Shown: piece by piece, positions 16,790 through 25,151 of the stretch
Numbering within the stretch: the stretch's first letter is position 1
How the letters are laid out: each line of letters starts with the position of its first letter
DNA from: Nitrososphaerales archaeon
GTDB taxonomy: Archaea > Thermoproteota > Nitrososphaeria > Nitrososphaerales > Gagatemarchaeaceae
Reading direction: 5' to 3'
Assembly (NCBI GenBank): GCA_030039515.1
Contig: JASHVT010000078.1
Location: forward strand, 1 to 25,576
Length of the DNA: 25,576 nucleotides
Notes under the pieces: generated by a model
What the model was told of the DNA's origin: nothing
What the model saw: the letters and a program-made list of their open reading frames with translations, nothing else
Databases searched by the model: none
Made by a program: the position numbers and the translations under genes

Positions 16790-18568
16790 TTAAAGAAGTA
16801 ACGAGATGATTAGCAGTGCCGCAATCGAGCAGGCTGCGAACCCGCAGTATTTCTTGGCAAAGGCGGAGCTGGACTGCGTCAGGGCCGCGAATTCGTCTAT
16901 GGTTTTGGCGCCGAAGACCTTCTCCTCTGTGACGAGCTCGCCTGAACCGTAATAGCAGGGCTCTAGCCTGGTCTCTGCGAGCCCGGCGAGGTCCAGTGCA
17001 AGTTCGGTCAGTGACGAGACCGGCGTCTCCTCGCCTAGCGCCTTGTATCCGCGAGCGACGGTCATTCCCTTTGCCGCCAGGTTGTGCGTGTCCGAAGTGC
17101 AGAATTCGATGAGATGGTATCCGGCTGACTCGAGTCTATCTGAAGTCTTGGCGCGCAGATCGGGCACCGAGTTGTTCGAATCCGCCAAAAGAAGGACTGA
17201 CTTGGTCCCACCGGCTTCGAGCATCAGAAGACCGACCCCGTTCTCAGTCAGGTCTCCCTGTGGGCGGAACCCGAGCTCTTTCGAGTTCGAGTACCCCACC
17301 CTGAAGCCTCTCGCCTCTGCTCCGGTCACCGTCTCGAACAGACGCCTCCAGCCAGAGTCGCCGATATCGGGAGTCTCCAACTGGGGTTCGATGGAATTGT
17401 GGGCGTCCACGACCCATGTCTCAAGGCCCGTCGCCCTCCCCAGATCTCCCAACTCCTGCTCAACCTCCTCTCTCAGGTCGTCTGAGCCGAGAGGGGCGAA
17501 GGAAATCGTCGCCACCAAGTCCTGTGAGAATGACCAAGAATTGACTGTGGCCCTTCCCACCTCCGAGCGTATGGGGCCCCTCATCTCGGCGGGTTCGACA
17601 GAGACTTGAATTGATGAGGAGAAGTCCCTCAACTTCCTTGCGTATTCCGTCGTGCTCGAGGATGCGGTCAGGTTTCTCTCGTGGCCGCCCGGCCGATGCA
17701 ACGTCATGGTCGGCCCCAACTCTTTGAAGGCTCTTGAGATGACGCCCGGCAGGTCGTAGCTCCCGAGCGGGAAGAAGGGACCCGGATGGATTCCTGGCAA
17801 CACCACGAACGTGTCTCCCTTCGCCGACCTGAGCCGCATGACCTTGGTGACCACCCTCGCCGTCTCTGCGTGTCCGGAGATTATGCCTTCGAGCTCACCG
17901 GAGTCGCCGCCGACCCAGGTCTTCATGAAGGCGCGGAACAGACTCAGGGAGTTCTGGCCTTGGCTAGTCTTCTTCCCTCTCAGAAGAGGTATGAAGGCCG
18001 CGATTGTGATGAATGACAGCGCTCCGGCAGCTATGGCTCCCAGTCCGATCGGGCCTGTGAGCTTCGCGAGCTTAACCACCGCGATCATCGGTAACGGGAA
18101 GACGGCCGCGAGAACGGAAGACAGGACTGTGCTGCTTGTGAACACGCCGTTGATGATGAGGAACTCGATCCCCGCGCAGACGAAGGCTCCGAAGACTGCC
18201 GTGTCTGCCAGTGCGCTCGGCGAGCCGGTGACTAGCCCGTAGATCGCGCCGCAGGCGACGAGCAGTAACCAGACCGCCTCCCCCGCAATCATCGTCGCGA
18301 CTATTCTCCTAGTGCTGCCGATGGTCTTTGGGTTCGCGAGCTTCAGCGCGCTCGAAATCACGATGACTGAGAGCAGGAAGATGCCGTACGCGAACGCGAA
18401 CACAGGGAGTAGGATTGCCCGCGAAGTGGCGAAACAAAGCCCCAGAGTGAGGATCCCAGCGTAGACCAGCAACACTCCGGTGGAGGGGAGAACAAATAGG
18501 TGCCTGTAGCGACTGGCGAGAGCCTCGGTCGCGGGGTTCGTCTTCGACTTAGATGACGTTAATGACAA
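16790..18568 (-). CDS. DUF2070 family membrane protein (COG3356-like)
   Basis: It has several N-terminal TM helices and a soluble domain with IHPGPF, HRPGGHE, VVDAHNS, ADSNN and CTSDTHN, in the secG-tmk context. Confidence 0.85.
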   Translation of the reverse strand: MSLTSSKSKTNPATEALASRYRHLFVLPSTGVLLVYAGILTLGLCFATSRAILLPVFAFAYGIFLLSVIVISSALKLANPKTIGSTRRIVATMIAGEAVWLLLVACGAIYGLVTGSPSALADTAVFGAFVCAGIEFLIINGVFTSSTVLSSVLAAVFPLPMIAVVKLAKLTGPIGLGAIAAGALSFITIAAFIPLLRGKKTSQGQNSLSLFRAFMKTWVGGDSGELEGIISGHAETARVVTKVMRLRSAKGDTFVVLPGIHPGPFFPLGSYDLPGVISRAFKELGPTMTLHRPGGHERNLTASSSTTEYARKLRDFSSSIQVSVEPAEMRGPIRSEVGRATVNSWSFSQDLVATISFAPLGSDDLREEVEQELGDLGRATGLETWVVDAHNSIEPQLETPDIGDSGWRRLFETVTGAEARGFRVGYSNSKELGFRPQGDLTENGVGLLMLEAGGTKSVLLLADSNNSVPDLRAKTSDRLESAGYHLIEFCTSDTHNLAAKGMTVARGYKALGEETPVSSLTELALDLAGLAETRLEPCYYGSGELVTEEKVFGAKTIDEFAALTQSSSAFAKKYCGFAACSIAALLIISLLL

Positions 18569-18701
18569 TTGACGCAGCTATGAGCCCTATGGCGCCAATC
18601 AGAATCAGTTCAGGTCTTATCTTCACTCCCTCGGTCTCTTCGTTGAAGAAGGTCAGTAGACCTGCGCTCGACGCGGGCATGGGCGCGTTGTCTTTGCTCA
18701 T
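18549..18701 (-). CDS. secG: Preprotein translocase subunit Sec61beta (SecG)
   Basis: Reads MSKDNAPMPASSAGLLTFFNEETEGVKIRPELILIGAIGLIAASIVINVI* (50 aa). It is absent from the ORF track. Confidence 0.93.
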   Translation of the reverse strand: MSKDNAPMPASSAGLLTFFNEETEGVKIRPELILIGAIGLIAASIVINVI

Positions 18702-18727
18702 TCGTTCGATATCACAGTCACATCGTT

Positions 18728-18733
18728 CTTAAG
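18728..18733. promoter_or_regulatory. Probable secG TATA box, palindromic
   Basis: CTTAAG lies 27-32 nt upstream of ATG 18701. Confidence 0.55.
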
Positions 18734-18847
18734 CATACCGGCGCATCTTCGTCAGAGTTCCTTTGGCTAAGAAGCTGCCAGTCGGCCTAACTGCTCACCC
18801 GGCGTGGCTCCTGACCTTCGGGTCTATGGCGGCGCAGTGAAAGCGGG

Positions 18848-20194
18848 TCAAGCCCTTGGGAGCTCCGGATAGAGCGGGAACCTCCTGCAGAGTTCCACCG
18901 TCTCGGCCCTGATCTCCTTCAGCTTGGAGCTCTGCGATATCCCGCTTCTGAATTTCTTTATCGCTTCGCGCCTGGCCTCTTTCTCCATTGGCATCGTGTA
19001 TGGCCTTATCTCGTCCATCGACGAGGCGATGAATGCTCCTATCATCTCCATCTCCGGTTCCCTCATGCCTCTGGTGGTCAGCGCAGGGGTGCCGAGCCTG
19101 ATCCCGCTGGGGTAGAACGGGCTTGCAGGCTCCTTTGGTATCGTGTTCTTGTTTACCACGATGCCCGCGAGTTCGAGCGCGTCCTGGGCATACATCCCCA
19201 TTCCGGTCCCGAGCGGCGTCAGGTCGACGAGGATCATGTGGTTGTCCGTCCCGTCAGTGACGAGTTTCAGCCCTCTCGTCATCAGCGAGCCGGCTAGCGC
19301 CTTCGAGTTCTTGACGGTCTGTTCGCCGTATTGCTTGAAAGCTGGGGTCGAAGCCTCTTGCAGCGCGACCGCGATGGCGGCAGTGTTGTTGTCATGAGGA
19401 CCGCCTTGCAGGCCGGGAAACACAGCCTTGTCTATCTTGTCCGCAAGCTCCGGATCCCTCTTCAGGCCTTTGTCGGTGACGAGTAGCAACGCGCCTCTCG
19501 GTCCTCTCAGCGTCTTGTGCGTCGTTGTCATCACTATGTGCGCGTAAGGCACAGGGCTTGCGTGCACGCCTGCTATTATCAGGCCGGCTATGTGCGACAC
19601 GTCTGCCACTAGGTAGGCATCGACTCCGTCAGCTATCCTTGCCAACTCCTTGAACGGGAACTCTCTCGTGTAGGCCGTAGCTCCGACCCATATCATTCGG
19701 GGCCTTTTGCGCGTGGCGAGCTCCTCCACCTCGTCGAGGTCGATGTAGCCGTCGGCTCTGACATGGTACGGGACGCTGTTGAAGAACATCCCCGTGGCGC
19801 TGGTCTTCCACCCATGCGTCAGGTGGCCGCCGTCGGTCAGATTGAGACCCATTATCGTGTCTCCGGGCTTGCATAGTGCAGTGTAGACTGCGAAGTTTGC
19901 AGGCGATCCTGAGTAGGGTTGCACATTGGCGTGCGGCACGCCGAACAGCTTCTTCGCCCTCTCTATCGCGACCGTCTCAATCCGGTCCACGAACTCGTTG
20001 CCCCCGTAGTATCTCTTTCCCGGGTACCCTTCAGAATACTTGTTTGTCAGAACCGTGCCAAGCGCTTCCAGCACGGCCAAGCTCGTGAAGTTCTCCGAAG
20101 GTATCATCTCGAGCGTGTTACGTTGCCTCTCGAGCTCTTTCAGTATGGCTTGCGCTACTTCCGGGTCTGCCTGCTCTATTCCGGAGTCAGTCAA
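18848..20194 (-). CDS. glyA: Serine hydroxymethyltransferase
   Basis: Contains MIPSENFTS, NKYSEGYPGKRYYGG, GGHLTHG, the PLP-Lys motif TTTHKTLRGPRG, VFPGLQGGP and SGIRLGTPALTTRG. Confidence 0.98.
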   Translation of the reverse strand: MTDSGIEQADPEVAQAILKELERQRNTLEMIPSENFTSLAVLEALGTVLTNKYSEGYPGKRYYGGNEFVDRIETVAIERAKKLFGVPHANVQPYSGSPANFAVYTALCKPGDTIMGLNLTDGGHLTHGWKTSATGMFFNSVPYHVRADGYIDLDEVEELATRKRPRMIWVGATAYTREFPFKELARIADGVDAYLVADVSHIAGLIIAGVHASPVPYAHIVMTTTHKTLRGPRGALLLVTDKGLKRDPELADKIDKAVFPGLQGGPHDNNTAAIAVALQEASTPAFKQYGEQTVKNSKALAGSLMTRGLKLVTDGTDNHMILVDLTPLGTGMGMYAQDALELAGIVVNKNTIPKEPASPFYPSGIRLGTPALTTRGMREPEMEMIGAFIASSMDEIRPYTMPMEKEARREAIKKFRSGISQSSKLKEIRAETVELCRRFPLYPELPRA

Positions 20195-20219
20195 CTGAAC
20201 CCAAGGCGATGCTCTTTCA

Positions 20220-20227
20220 TAATTAAA
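20220..20227 (-). promoter_or_regulatory. Probable glyA TATA box
   Basis: TTTAATTA on the minus strand, 26-33 nt upstream of TTG 20194. Confidence 0.6.
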
Positions 20228-20324
20228 TCACTTGCCGAGTCGATGGGTTGGCTGCGCGGAGAGGACTGGCGCAATCCTGTGCGAGCGCCAAAAGGGGTCG
20301 GGAAGCCTTGGGCTCCCCCGGTGA

Positions 20325-23300
20325 CTACCGGCTCATCCCCTCGGCTAGCGCAGGCTTGAAGAAGTCCGTGAGCTCCAGCTGGTCGGCCCTGCCGGGGCCC
20401 TGGAACAGTTGGCCGAGTTCCCTCTGCAGGATTTCGAGCCTGCTCTTAAGATACGGGTCGACATCGTAGTCGCGTGCGAGCCTCTGCGCGATGGCTAGGT
20501 ACTTCTCTACCGATGCGCGGGTGAGGGTCCCCCTGATTTCGCCCGCGCAGTTGGGACATGAAGATGACAACGGGGGCCTCCGCAGGGTGATTCCGCATTT
20601 CCTGCACTTGAACGCCTGAGTTGCGTACTTCTTTGCGTTTCCCATGATGTCCCTGATCAGATGCGTCTTGATTATCGACTCGACGACCTCCCGGGTAGAC
20701 ACCGCGTCTACCGCCGCGGCGACCTCTATCTGCTTCGAGATCTTTTCGTTCAGGCTGCGCAGTGTCGAGTACGCCGCCCTGGAGCGCTTAGTCGTGATCG
20801 AGGATGTGGGATGGGTGAATCCGTAGCCATAGAACTGCGTGTCACTTCCAAGTCTCGATCCAATCGAGTCGAAGGCCTCTCCAATCGACCCGGGGCTCGG
20901 AGAGTTCTGCGTCTTCTCGTAGAAGCCTCTCGGATAGGAGAAGGCGACGTCGAAGTTGTGCGCTTGTTCGTCGACCTCGGCAGGAAGGAGTATCGGCTGT
21001 ACCAGCAGAGGCGTGTCCATCATGCCGCCTATCTGCTGCGGCACGTACTGGAGGGAGAAGTTGACCAGCGCGTCCACAAGCAAGATCAGCGAGTCCCCGT
21101 CTCCGTCGCAGTCACGCCTCTTGGCAGCGTGCCAGTAAGGATTGGCGAAGCAAACCTGAGTGGACGACAGCCCTGCTATCCTTCCGGCTACGCCCACGGA
21201 GGTATGCGGTGCGAGGCCCATGACGAGCTTCCCCAGCAGGTCTGATGGTTTCTGCACGTTGTAGAATGGATGGAGTCCGTATACGTTCTCTAGCTCATCA
21301 TCGATGAACTGGGCCATCCTTACCAGGTCGTCCGCGATTTCTTCAGGGACTATCACGTCCTGCGGCTTGAGCTCGAGGACCTGGTCGTCCCTTTCCAGAC
21401 GTTTCCCTTCGTAGTCTAGGGAGTAACCGAGGCTCGCGAGTCTCTCCGGCGACGACTTCACGTCTCTAGGCCTGAAGTGCGTCAGAGGCGCGTTTGTCAC
21501 GTCTATCCGCAACGTGCCATCCTTGTACACGTAAGTCTGGTGCCGGCTCCTGACGATCCCCTTCTCCAACGACTCAGGCGTCTTCGTGACGCTCGTGAGC
21601 CCGCGCACTCCTTTGACCGGCTTGGAGGCGTCATATGGCATTCTTGCCCTGATTCTGGCTAGCCTACTCCTCAGATCCAGTTCTATCTCCGAGTAGGGGA
21701 GGGTCTTCCCCTTGCAGTTCGCGCACGTGTCTTCCACGGTCGTCATTCCACACTTCGGGCACGACTTGTACGGGATTGTCGTTCCGCCACAGCTTTCGCA
21801 CTTGGACGTCATCCGCCTCTCACGGCAATTGTGGCAGTAGAGGTTCACCACCTCCGCCTTGAAGTCAGGATGTCGCGCGGCGGCGAATATGTCCCTAGAA
21901 GTCCCCCCCGCGAATCCTACAGGAAAGAGGGTATGGACCGGAGGCTTCAGACGTCGCGCCATCGCCTTTTCCGGCCTTCCCACCCGGACGCCCACGGTCG
22001 TTGTATGCTGCCGCCCGAGGCGGATCCCCGAAGCCCGGTACACGAGTCCAATCGAGTCCTCCGAGGCCGGCCCGGGGTCGACCTCTTCCCCGACTCTGAG
22101 GAGCGCCCCGAAGATTAGGGCCCAGTCTCCTTCGACGATCGCGTCGCTTCCTTCGATCCGGTGCTCGACAAGGCAGTTCCGGAGGGTGCGAAGAGTCTCG
22201 GGGTCAGAGACGTCGATCAAGAGCAGAGGACCCTCTGCACGGGTCCGGCTCCTCAGCGCCACCAGACTGGTCTTGTCGACCCCGTCGAACCTCGGCGTAA
22301 GGATCGGGTGGAGCGGTATGCCCAGAGCCCTTGAGATGGCGAGCGCTTCCCTGCCGCCCAGTCCGTCCCCTAGAGGTCTGACACAGATTGATGCGACCGT
22401 GTCTTTCGAGAGGCCCTCCGCAGACAACTTGTCGTATGCGTGCGGGACTTGGTCCAAGGCAGCGCGCAGGTCCTGCACCCACCATTCTGAGACATACGGC
22501 GACGGAGGAAGGGCCTTGTTGTTCTCAAGGAAATCGCCGTAGCTCACAAGTATGTCTCCCAAGTCTATTATCCTCTCCAAGAAAGGACGGAGCCGCTCAG
22601 CGTCAGCGATGGTCGGGACCCTGACGACCGACCCGTCTTTGAGCAGCGCTGTGGGGCAGCCGATCGAATCGACGAATGCGATGGTGGCCGCCTTGCCAGG
22701 CATCTCAACCTTGACCTGGGTCCCTGTGACCACCGGGTAGTCGAGAAGGGCGGCGACCGCAGGGTGTATCCCCACGGTCGAGAGGCCCGTGTTCATCGAC
22801 CTGCCGTACCTTAGCCTGAATCCTCCCCTCCGCTTGGGCATCGACAGGACAGCGCGCCCCGAAATCACCTCTTCGAAGTGCGCACCGGCCTTCTCGGTCT
22901 CGTTAGTCGTCTGCTGTGTGGCGCCCCTGAGTTGGGCGAGGAAGTCCCAGCCTGTGATGTTAAGGCTGGCGAGCTTCTTCGAGAGCTTGTTCGCCCTGCC
23001 GATGACGCCGTCGTTCAGAACCCTGAGTGCGCCGCCCCGGAGCCTGTCCGTCGAGACCCGTTTCAGCCCTCTGTGCACAACGACCTCGATGGGGTCTGTC
23101 TCTATCCCGTCAATCTCTACTGGCAGGTTCGATATCGCCGTCCTGATGTCGTCGTCGGTCACCTTGAACTGGAAGCTTCCGACCTCTCTTTCGTAGATTC
23201 GGAGCTCCTCGGCAAATCTGGCGATTTCGAGCTTGTCCGCCCTGTAGTTGCCGAGACCTAGCTTCTTGCCCGTGACGTCTGCGATGACCAGAGAGAACGC

Positions 23301-23810
23301 TGCCTCCGTCCCGCCAGCGGAGCGCATGGGTCCCGCGTATGAGACTGAAACGTAGTCGCTGTTGTCTGCGTTCTGTTTTATGGTGACGCTCGAGATCCCT
23401 TCGAGCGGCGCGACTGTCACGCCATCGGTCATCACAGCGAGGCCGGCCCTGACTCCATAGTTCAGCGCCTCGCCTCGTTCGAGGGCCCCGAACTTCCCAA
23501 GCGCTATCTCTTGAGAGATTGCTAGAGCTGCGCGCTCCTTTGAAGTGGACCGCAGAAGCTCTCTCAGCCTGTCGACCAAGCCGTTGAATTGGTCGAGGCG
23601 GAGCATCTGGTTGACCCTGTCCGCGAGGTCGAAGACCGTCTTGCTCTCTATTTCCTGTGTCGGATCTATTCCCTTGGCCCTTGCCGAGGTTGCAGTCTGC
23701 CATGCCGAGTCGTACTGCTGGAGAATGTCGGCGTAGTACCAGTCGAGGCTGACTGGAAAGGGTGCGAGCGTCTTGACGCGGGCCCACGCAGCCTCCGCGG
23801 AGAAGGACAT
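20325..23810 (-). CDS. polC: DNA polymerase D large subunit DP2
   Basis: Contains VTVAPLEGI, YAGPMRSAGGT, FRLRYGRS, the catalytic KRRDCDGDGD, a C-terminal Zn finger and a PIP box QLELTDFF. At 1161 aa it shows no intein. Confidence 0.98.
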   Translation of the reverse strand: MSFSAEAAWARVKTLAPFPVSLDWYYADILQQYDSAWQTATSARAKGIDPTQEIESKTVFDLADRVNQMLRLDQFNGLVDRLRELLRSTSKERAALAISQEIALGKFGALERGEALNYGVRAGLAVMTDGVTVAPLEGISSVTIKQNADNSDYVSVSYAGPMRSAGGTEAAFSLVIADVTGKKLGLGNYRADKLEIARFAEELRIYEREVGSFQFKVTDDDIRTAISNLPVEIDGIETDPIEVVVHRGLKRVSTDRLRGGALRVLNDGVIGRANKLSKKLASLNITGWDFLAQLRGATQQTTNETEKAGAHFEEVISGRAVLSMPKRRGGFRLRYGRSMNTGLSTVGIHPAVAALLDYPVVTGTQVKVEMPGKAATIAFVDSIGCPTALLKDGSVVRVPTIADAERLRPFLERIIDLGDILVSYGDFLENNKALPPSPYVSEWWVQDLRAALDQVPHAYDKLSAEGLSKDTVASICVRPLGDGLGGREALAISRALGIPLHPILTPRFDGVDKTSLVALRSRTRAEGPLLLIDVSDPETLRTLRNCLVEHRIEGSDAIVEGDWALIFGALLRVGEEVDPGPASEDSIGLVYRASGIRLGRQHTTTVGVRVGRPEKAMARRLKPPVHTLFPVGFAGGTSRDIFAAARHPDFKAEVVNLYCHNCRERRMTSKCESCGGTTIPYKSCPKCGMTTVEDTCANCKGKTLPYSEIELDLRSRLARIRARMPYDASKPVKGVRGLTSVTKTPESLEKGIVRSRHQTYVYKDGTLRIDVTNAPLTHFRPRDVKSSPERLASLGYSLDYEGKRLERDDQVLELKPQDVIVPEEIADDLVRMAQFIDDELENVYGLHPFYNVQKPSDLLGKLVMGLAPHTSVGVAGRIAGLSSTQVCFANPYWHAAKRRDCDGDGDSLILLVDALVNFSLQYVPQQIGGMMDTPLLVQPILLPAEVDEQAHNFDVAFSYPRGFYEKTQNSPSPGSIGEAFDSIGSRLGSDTQFYGYGFTHPTSSITTKRSRAAYSTLRSLNEKISKQIEVAAAVDAVSTREVVESIIKTHLIRDIMGNAKKYATQAFKCRKCGITLRRPPLSSSCPNCAGEIRGTLTRASVEKYLAIAQRLARDYDVDPYLKSRLEILQRELGQLFQGPGRADQLELTDFFKPALAEGMSR

Positions 23811-23831
23811 CTGAAGGGCAGCGACTCCTCG

Positions 23832-23847
23832 TAGGACTTAAGTCCTA
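23832..23847. promoter_or_regulatory. polC TATA box inside a perfect 16-bp palindrome
   Basis: TAGGACTTAAGTCCTA, whose CTTAAG core is 27-32 nt upstream of ATG 23810. Confidence 0.65.
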
Positions 23848-23933
23848 AGGACTGGCCGAATCGGTCCTCGGGCAAACAGACTGGTCGATTTTGTGGTTTC
23901 AAACCGCGAGTCCGCCGAGAGTGTGTGATTCGC

Positions 23934-24701
23934 TCACCGGCGTGAAGATGTGCGGCGGTTCCGGATAGCCGAGACTATCTCCCTTAGCCTTACTTCGAAT
24001 CCTGGAGAGCTAAGCAGGTTCCCGATGACTAGGATGTCGGCCCCAGCGTTGGCCGCGTTGGCTGCTGCCTTCCCATTCGTGATTCCGCCCCCTACGATTA
24101 AGATTCCGCCGTAGAGTTTTCTTACCATGCGAATTGTCTCAGCAGGTATGGGAGTCGAGGTGCCGCTCCCCGCCTCGAGGTAGACGGTCCTCATTCCCAG
24201 ATACTCCGCGGCCATGGCGTAGATGACCGCGAGGTTAGGTTTTGTCGGAGGGAACCGGTTGACTTGACCAACGAAGCCGGTCGCGCTAGAGTCCCCGAAC
24301 ACCAGATATCCCATGGGTATGGCCTCCAGTTTTGCTTTCCTGACCTCTGGCGCGCCTAAAGCCTGGGCACCAATCAAAAAATAGGGGTTGGTTGAGTTCA
24401 AGAGACTGCTGAAGAATATTGCATCAGCGTGATGCGACACCCCCGTCACGTTGCCTGGGAACAGGATTACTGGTGTGCTCACGTGATTCTTCACAGACAT
24501 CACAACCCTGTCCAGCCTTCCCTGGTCAGAGATTGTGGAGCCGCCTATCAGGATGAGTGAAATCCCTGCCTTCACCGCGGCCTTCGCAGTCTCCGCGGCA
24601 CGACTTGGACTGAAGTCCTCAGGATCGATAAGGGCTGCGCAGACCGTGCCTCTGTTGGTACTTTCTTTTAGGTACTTTTCAACGCGCCCGAGCCCCTGCA
24701 A
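23934..24701 (-). CDS. Geranylgeranylglyceryl phosphate synthase (PcrB/GGGPS)
   Basis: Contains LIDPE, LIGGST, ILFPG, SLLNS, PMGYLV, YLEAGSG and VGGGI. The ORF is open to GTG 24716, and TTG 24701 follows the elf1 stop. Confidence 0.93.
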   Translation of the reverse strand: MQGLGRVEKYLKESTNRGTVCAALIDPEDFSPSRAAETAKAAVKAGISLILIGGSTISDQGRLDRVVMSVKNHVSTPVILFPGNVTGVSHHADAIFFSSLLNSTNPYFLIGAQALGAPEVRKAKLEAIPMGYLVFGDSSATGFVGQVNRFPPTKPNLAVIYAMAAEYLGMRTVYLEAGSGTSTPIPAETIRMVRKLYGGILIVGGGITNGKAAANAANAGADILVIGNLLSSPGFEVRLREIVSAIRNRRTSSRR

Positions 24702-24702
24702 T

Positions 24703-24963
24703 CTATGCACCGGCACGAGCGTATTCGTCTACAAAGGTGTTGTAGACGTCGATGTCGGCTCGTTTTGTCGCGTATCTGAATTCGCGGCCGCTGTGGAGAG
24801 GGCACCCGGGATTCCCACATGTGATCTTGAAGACGTTGTCATGTGAGATTTCGTCCTCTTCTGAGGCAATCCTGATGGTGACCATCCCGCAACGAGGACA
24901 TGCGAACACCTTTGGCAGCGTCCGGCGGACTACTCGTAGCGTCTTCTTCCTTCTTCGACCCAT
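24703..24963 (-). CDS. elf1: Transcription elongation factor Elf1
   Basis: Reads MGRRRKK...LPKVFACPRCG...CGNPGC...DIDVYNTFVD. Confidence 0.93.
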   Translation of the reverse strand: MGRRRKKTLRVVRRTLPKVFACPRCGMVTIRIASEEDEISHDNVFKITCGNPGCPLHSGREFRYATKRADIDVYNTFVDEYARAGA

Positions 24964-25120
24964 CTAACTCACGCATTCGTCCCATTATTGAAGTAAATAA
25001 GAGCACGTTTCTGGTTCAACCATCTGTCCTATAATTAATTAGAAGAGGAAGTGTTAAAGATATAAGAACTTCAATTAATATTCCAGACATTCAGTATATG
25101 TGTAATTCGCAGGGCGGCAT

Positions 25121-25140
25121 GTATTAATACAAAATTGTAT
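25121..25140 (+). promoter_or_regulatory. Probable TATA box plus adjacent inverted repeat upstream of the HTH-like gene
   Basis: The GTATTAATAC palindrome is 22-31 nt upstream of GTG 25152 and overlaps ATACAA-AA-TTGTAT at 25127-25140. Confidence 0.55.
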
Positions 25141-25151
25141 GAATACCAGCT

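Noticed and set aside
17172-17183. GTTCGAATCC, resembling a tRNA T-loop
   Set aside because: It lies inside the DUF2070 CDS with no acceptor, D or anticodon stems around it.
18720-18760. CUGACGA on the minus strand, resembling a hammerhead core
   Set aside because: There is no GAAA after the putative stem II and no cleavage-site helix.
18775-18840. Faint 5S rRNA resemblance on the minus strand (CGCCAUAG, GUUAGGCCG)
   Set aside because: The spacing is wrong, the conserved loop C sequence is missing and there is no terminal helix.
20261-20320. ZTP (pfl) riboswitch-like words GACTGGCG and GCCTTGGGC upstream of glyA
   Set aside because: They are on the strand opposite glyA and upstream of its TATA box, and the P1/P2 architecture is not reproduced.
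20243-20359. 38-aa plus-strand ORF (MGWLRGEDW...)
   Set aside because: It overlaps the polC end in antisense, is Pro/Gly-rich and has no motif or other support.
4953-23787. Many long alternative-frame or antisense ORFs (e.g. 4953-5660, 8967-9749, 21859-22542, 23110-23787)
   Set aside because: They are shadows of well-supported genes in GC-rich DNA and have no recognisable motifs.
20262-23856. AGGACTGGC direct repeat on both sides of polC (20262 and 23848)
   Set aside because: A 9-mer match is plausible by chance in GC-rich DNA, and there are no mobile-element signs.
23895-23905. GTTTGAAAC on the minus strand, resembling a CRISPR repeat end
   Set aside because: It is a single copy with no array or cas genes.
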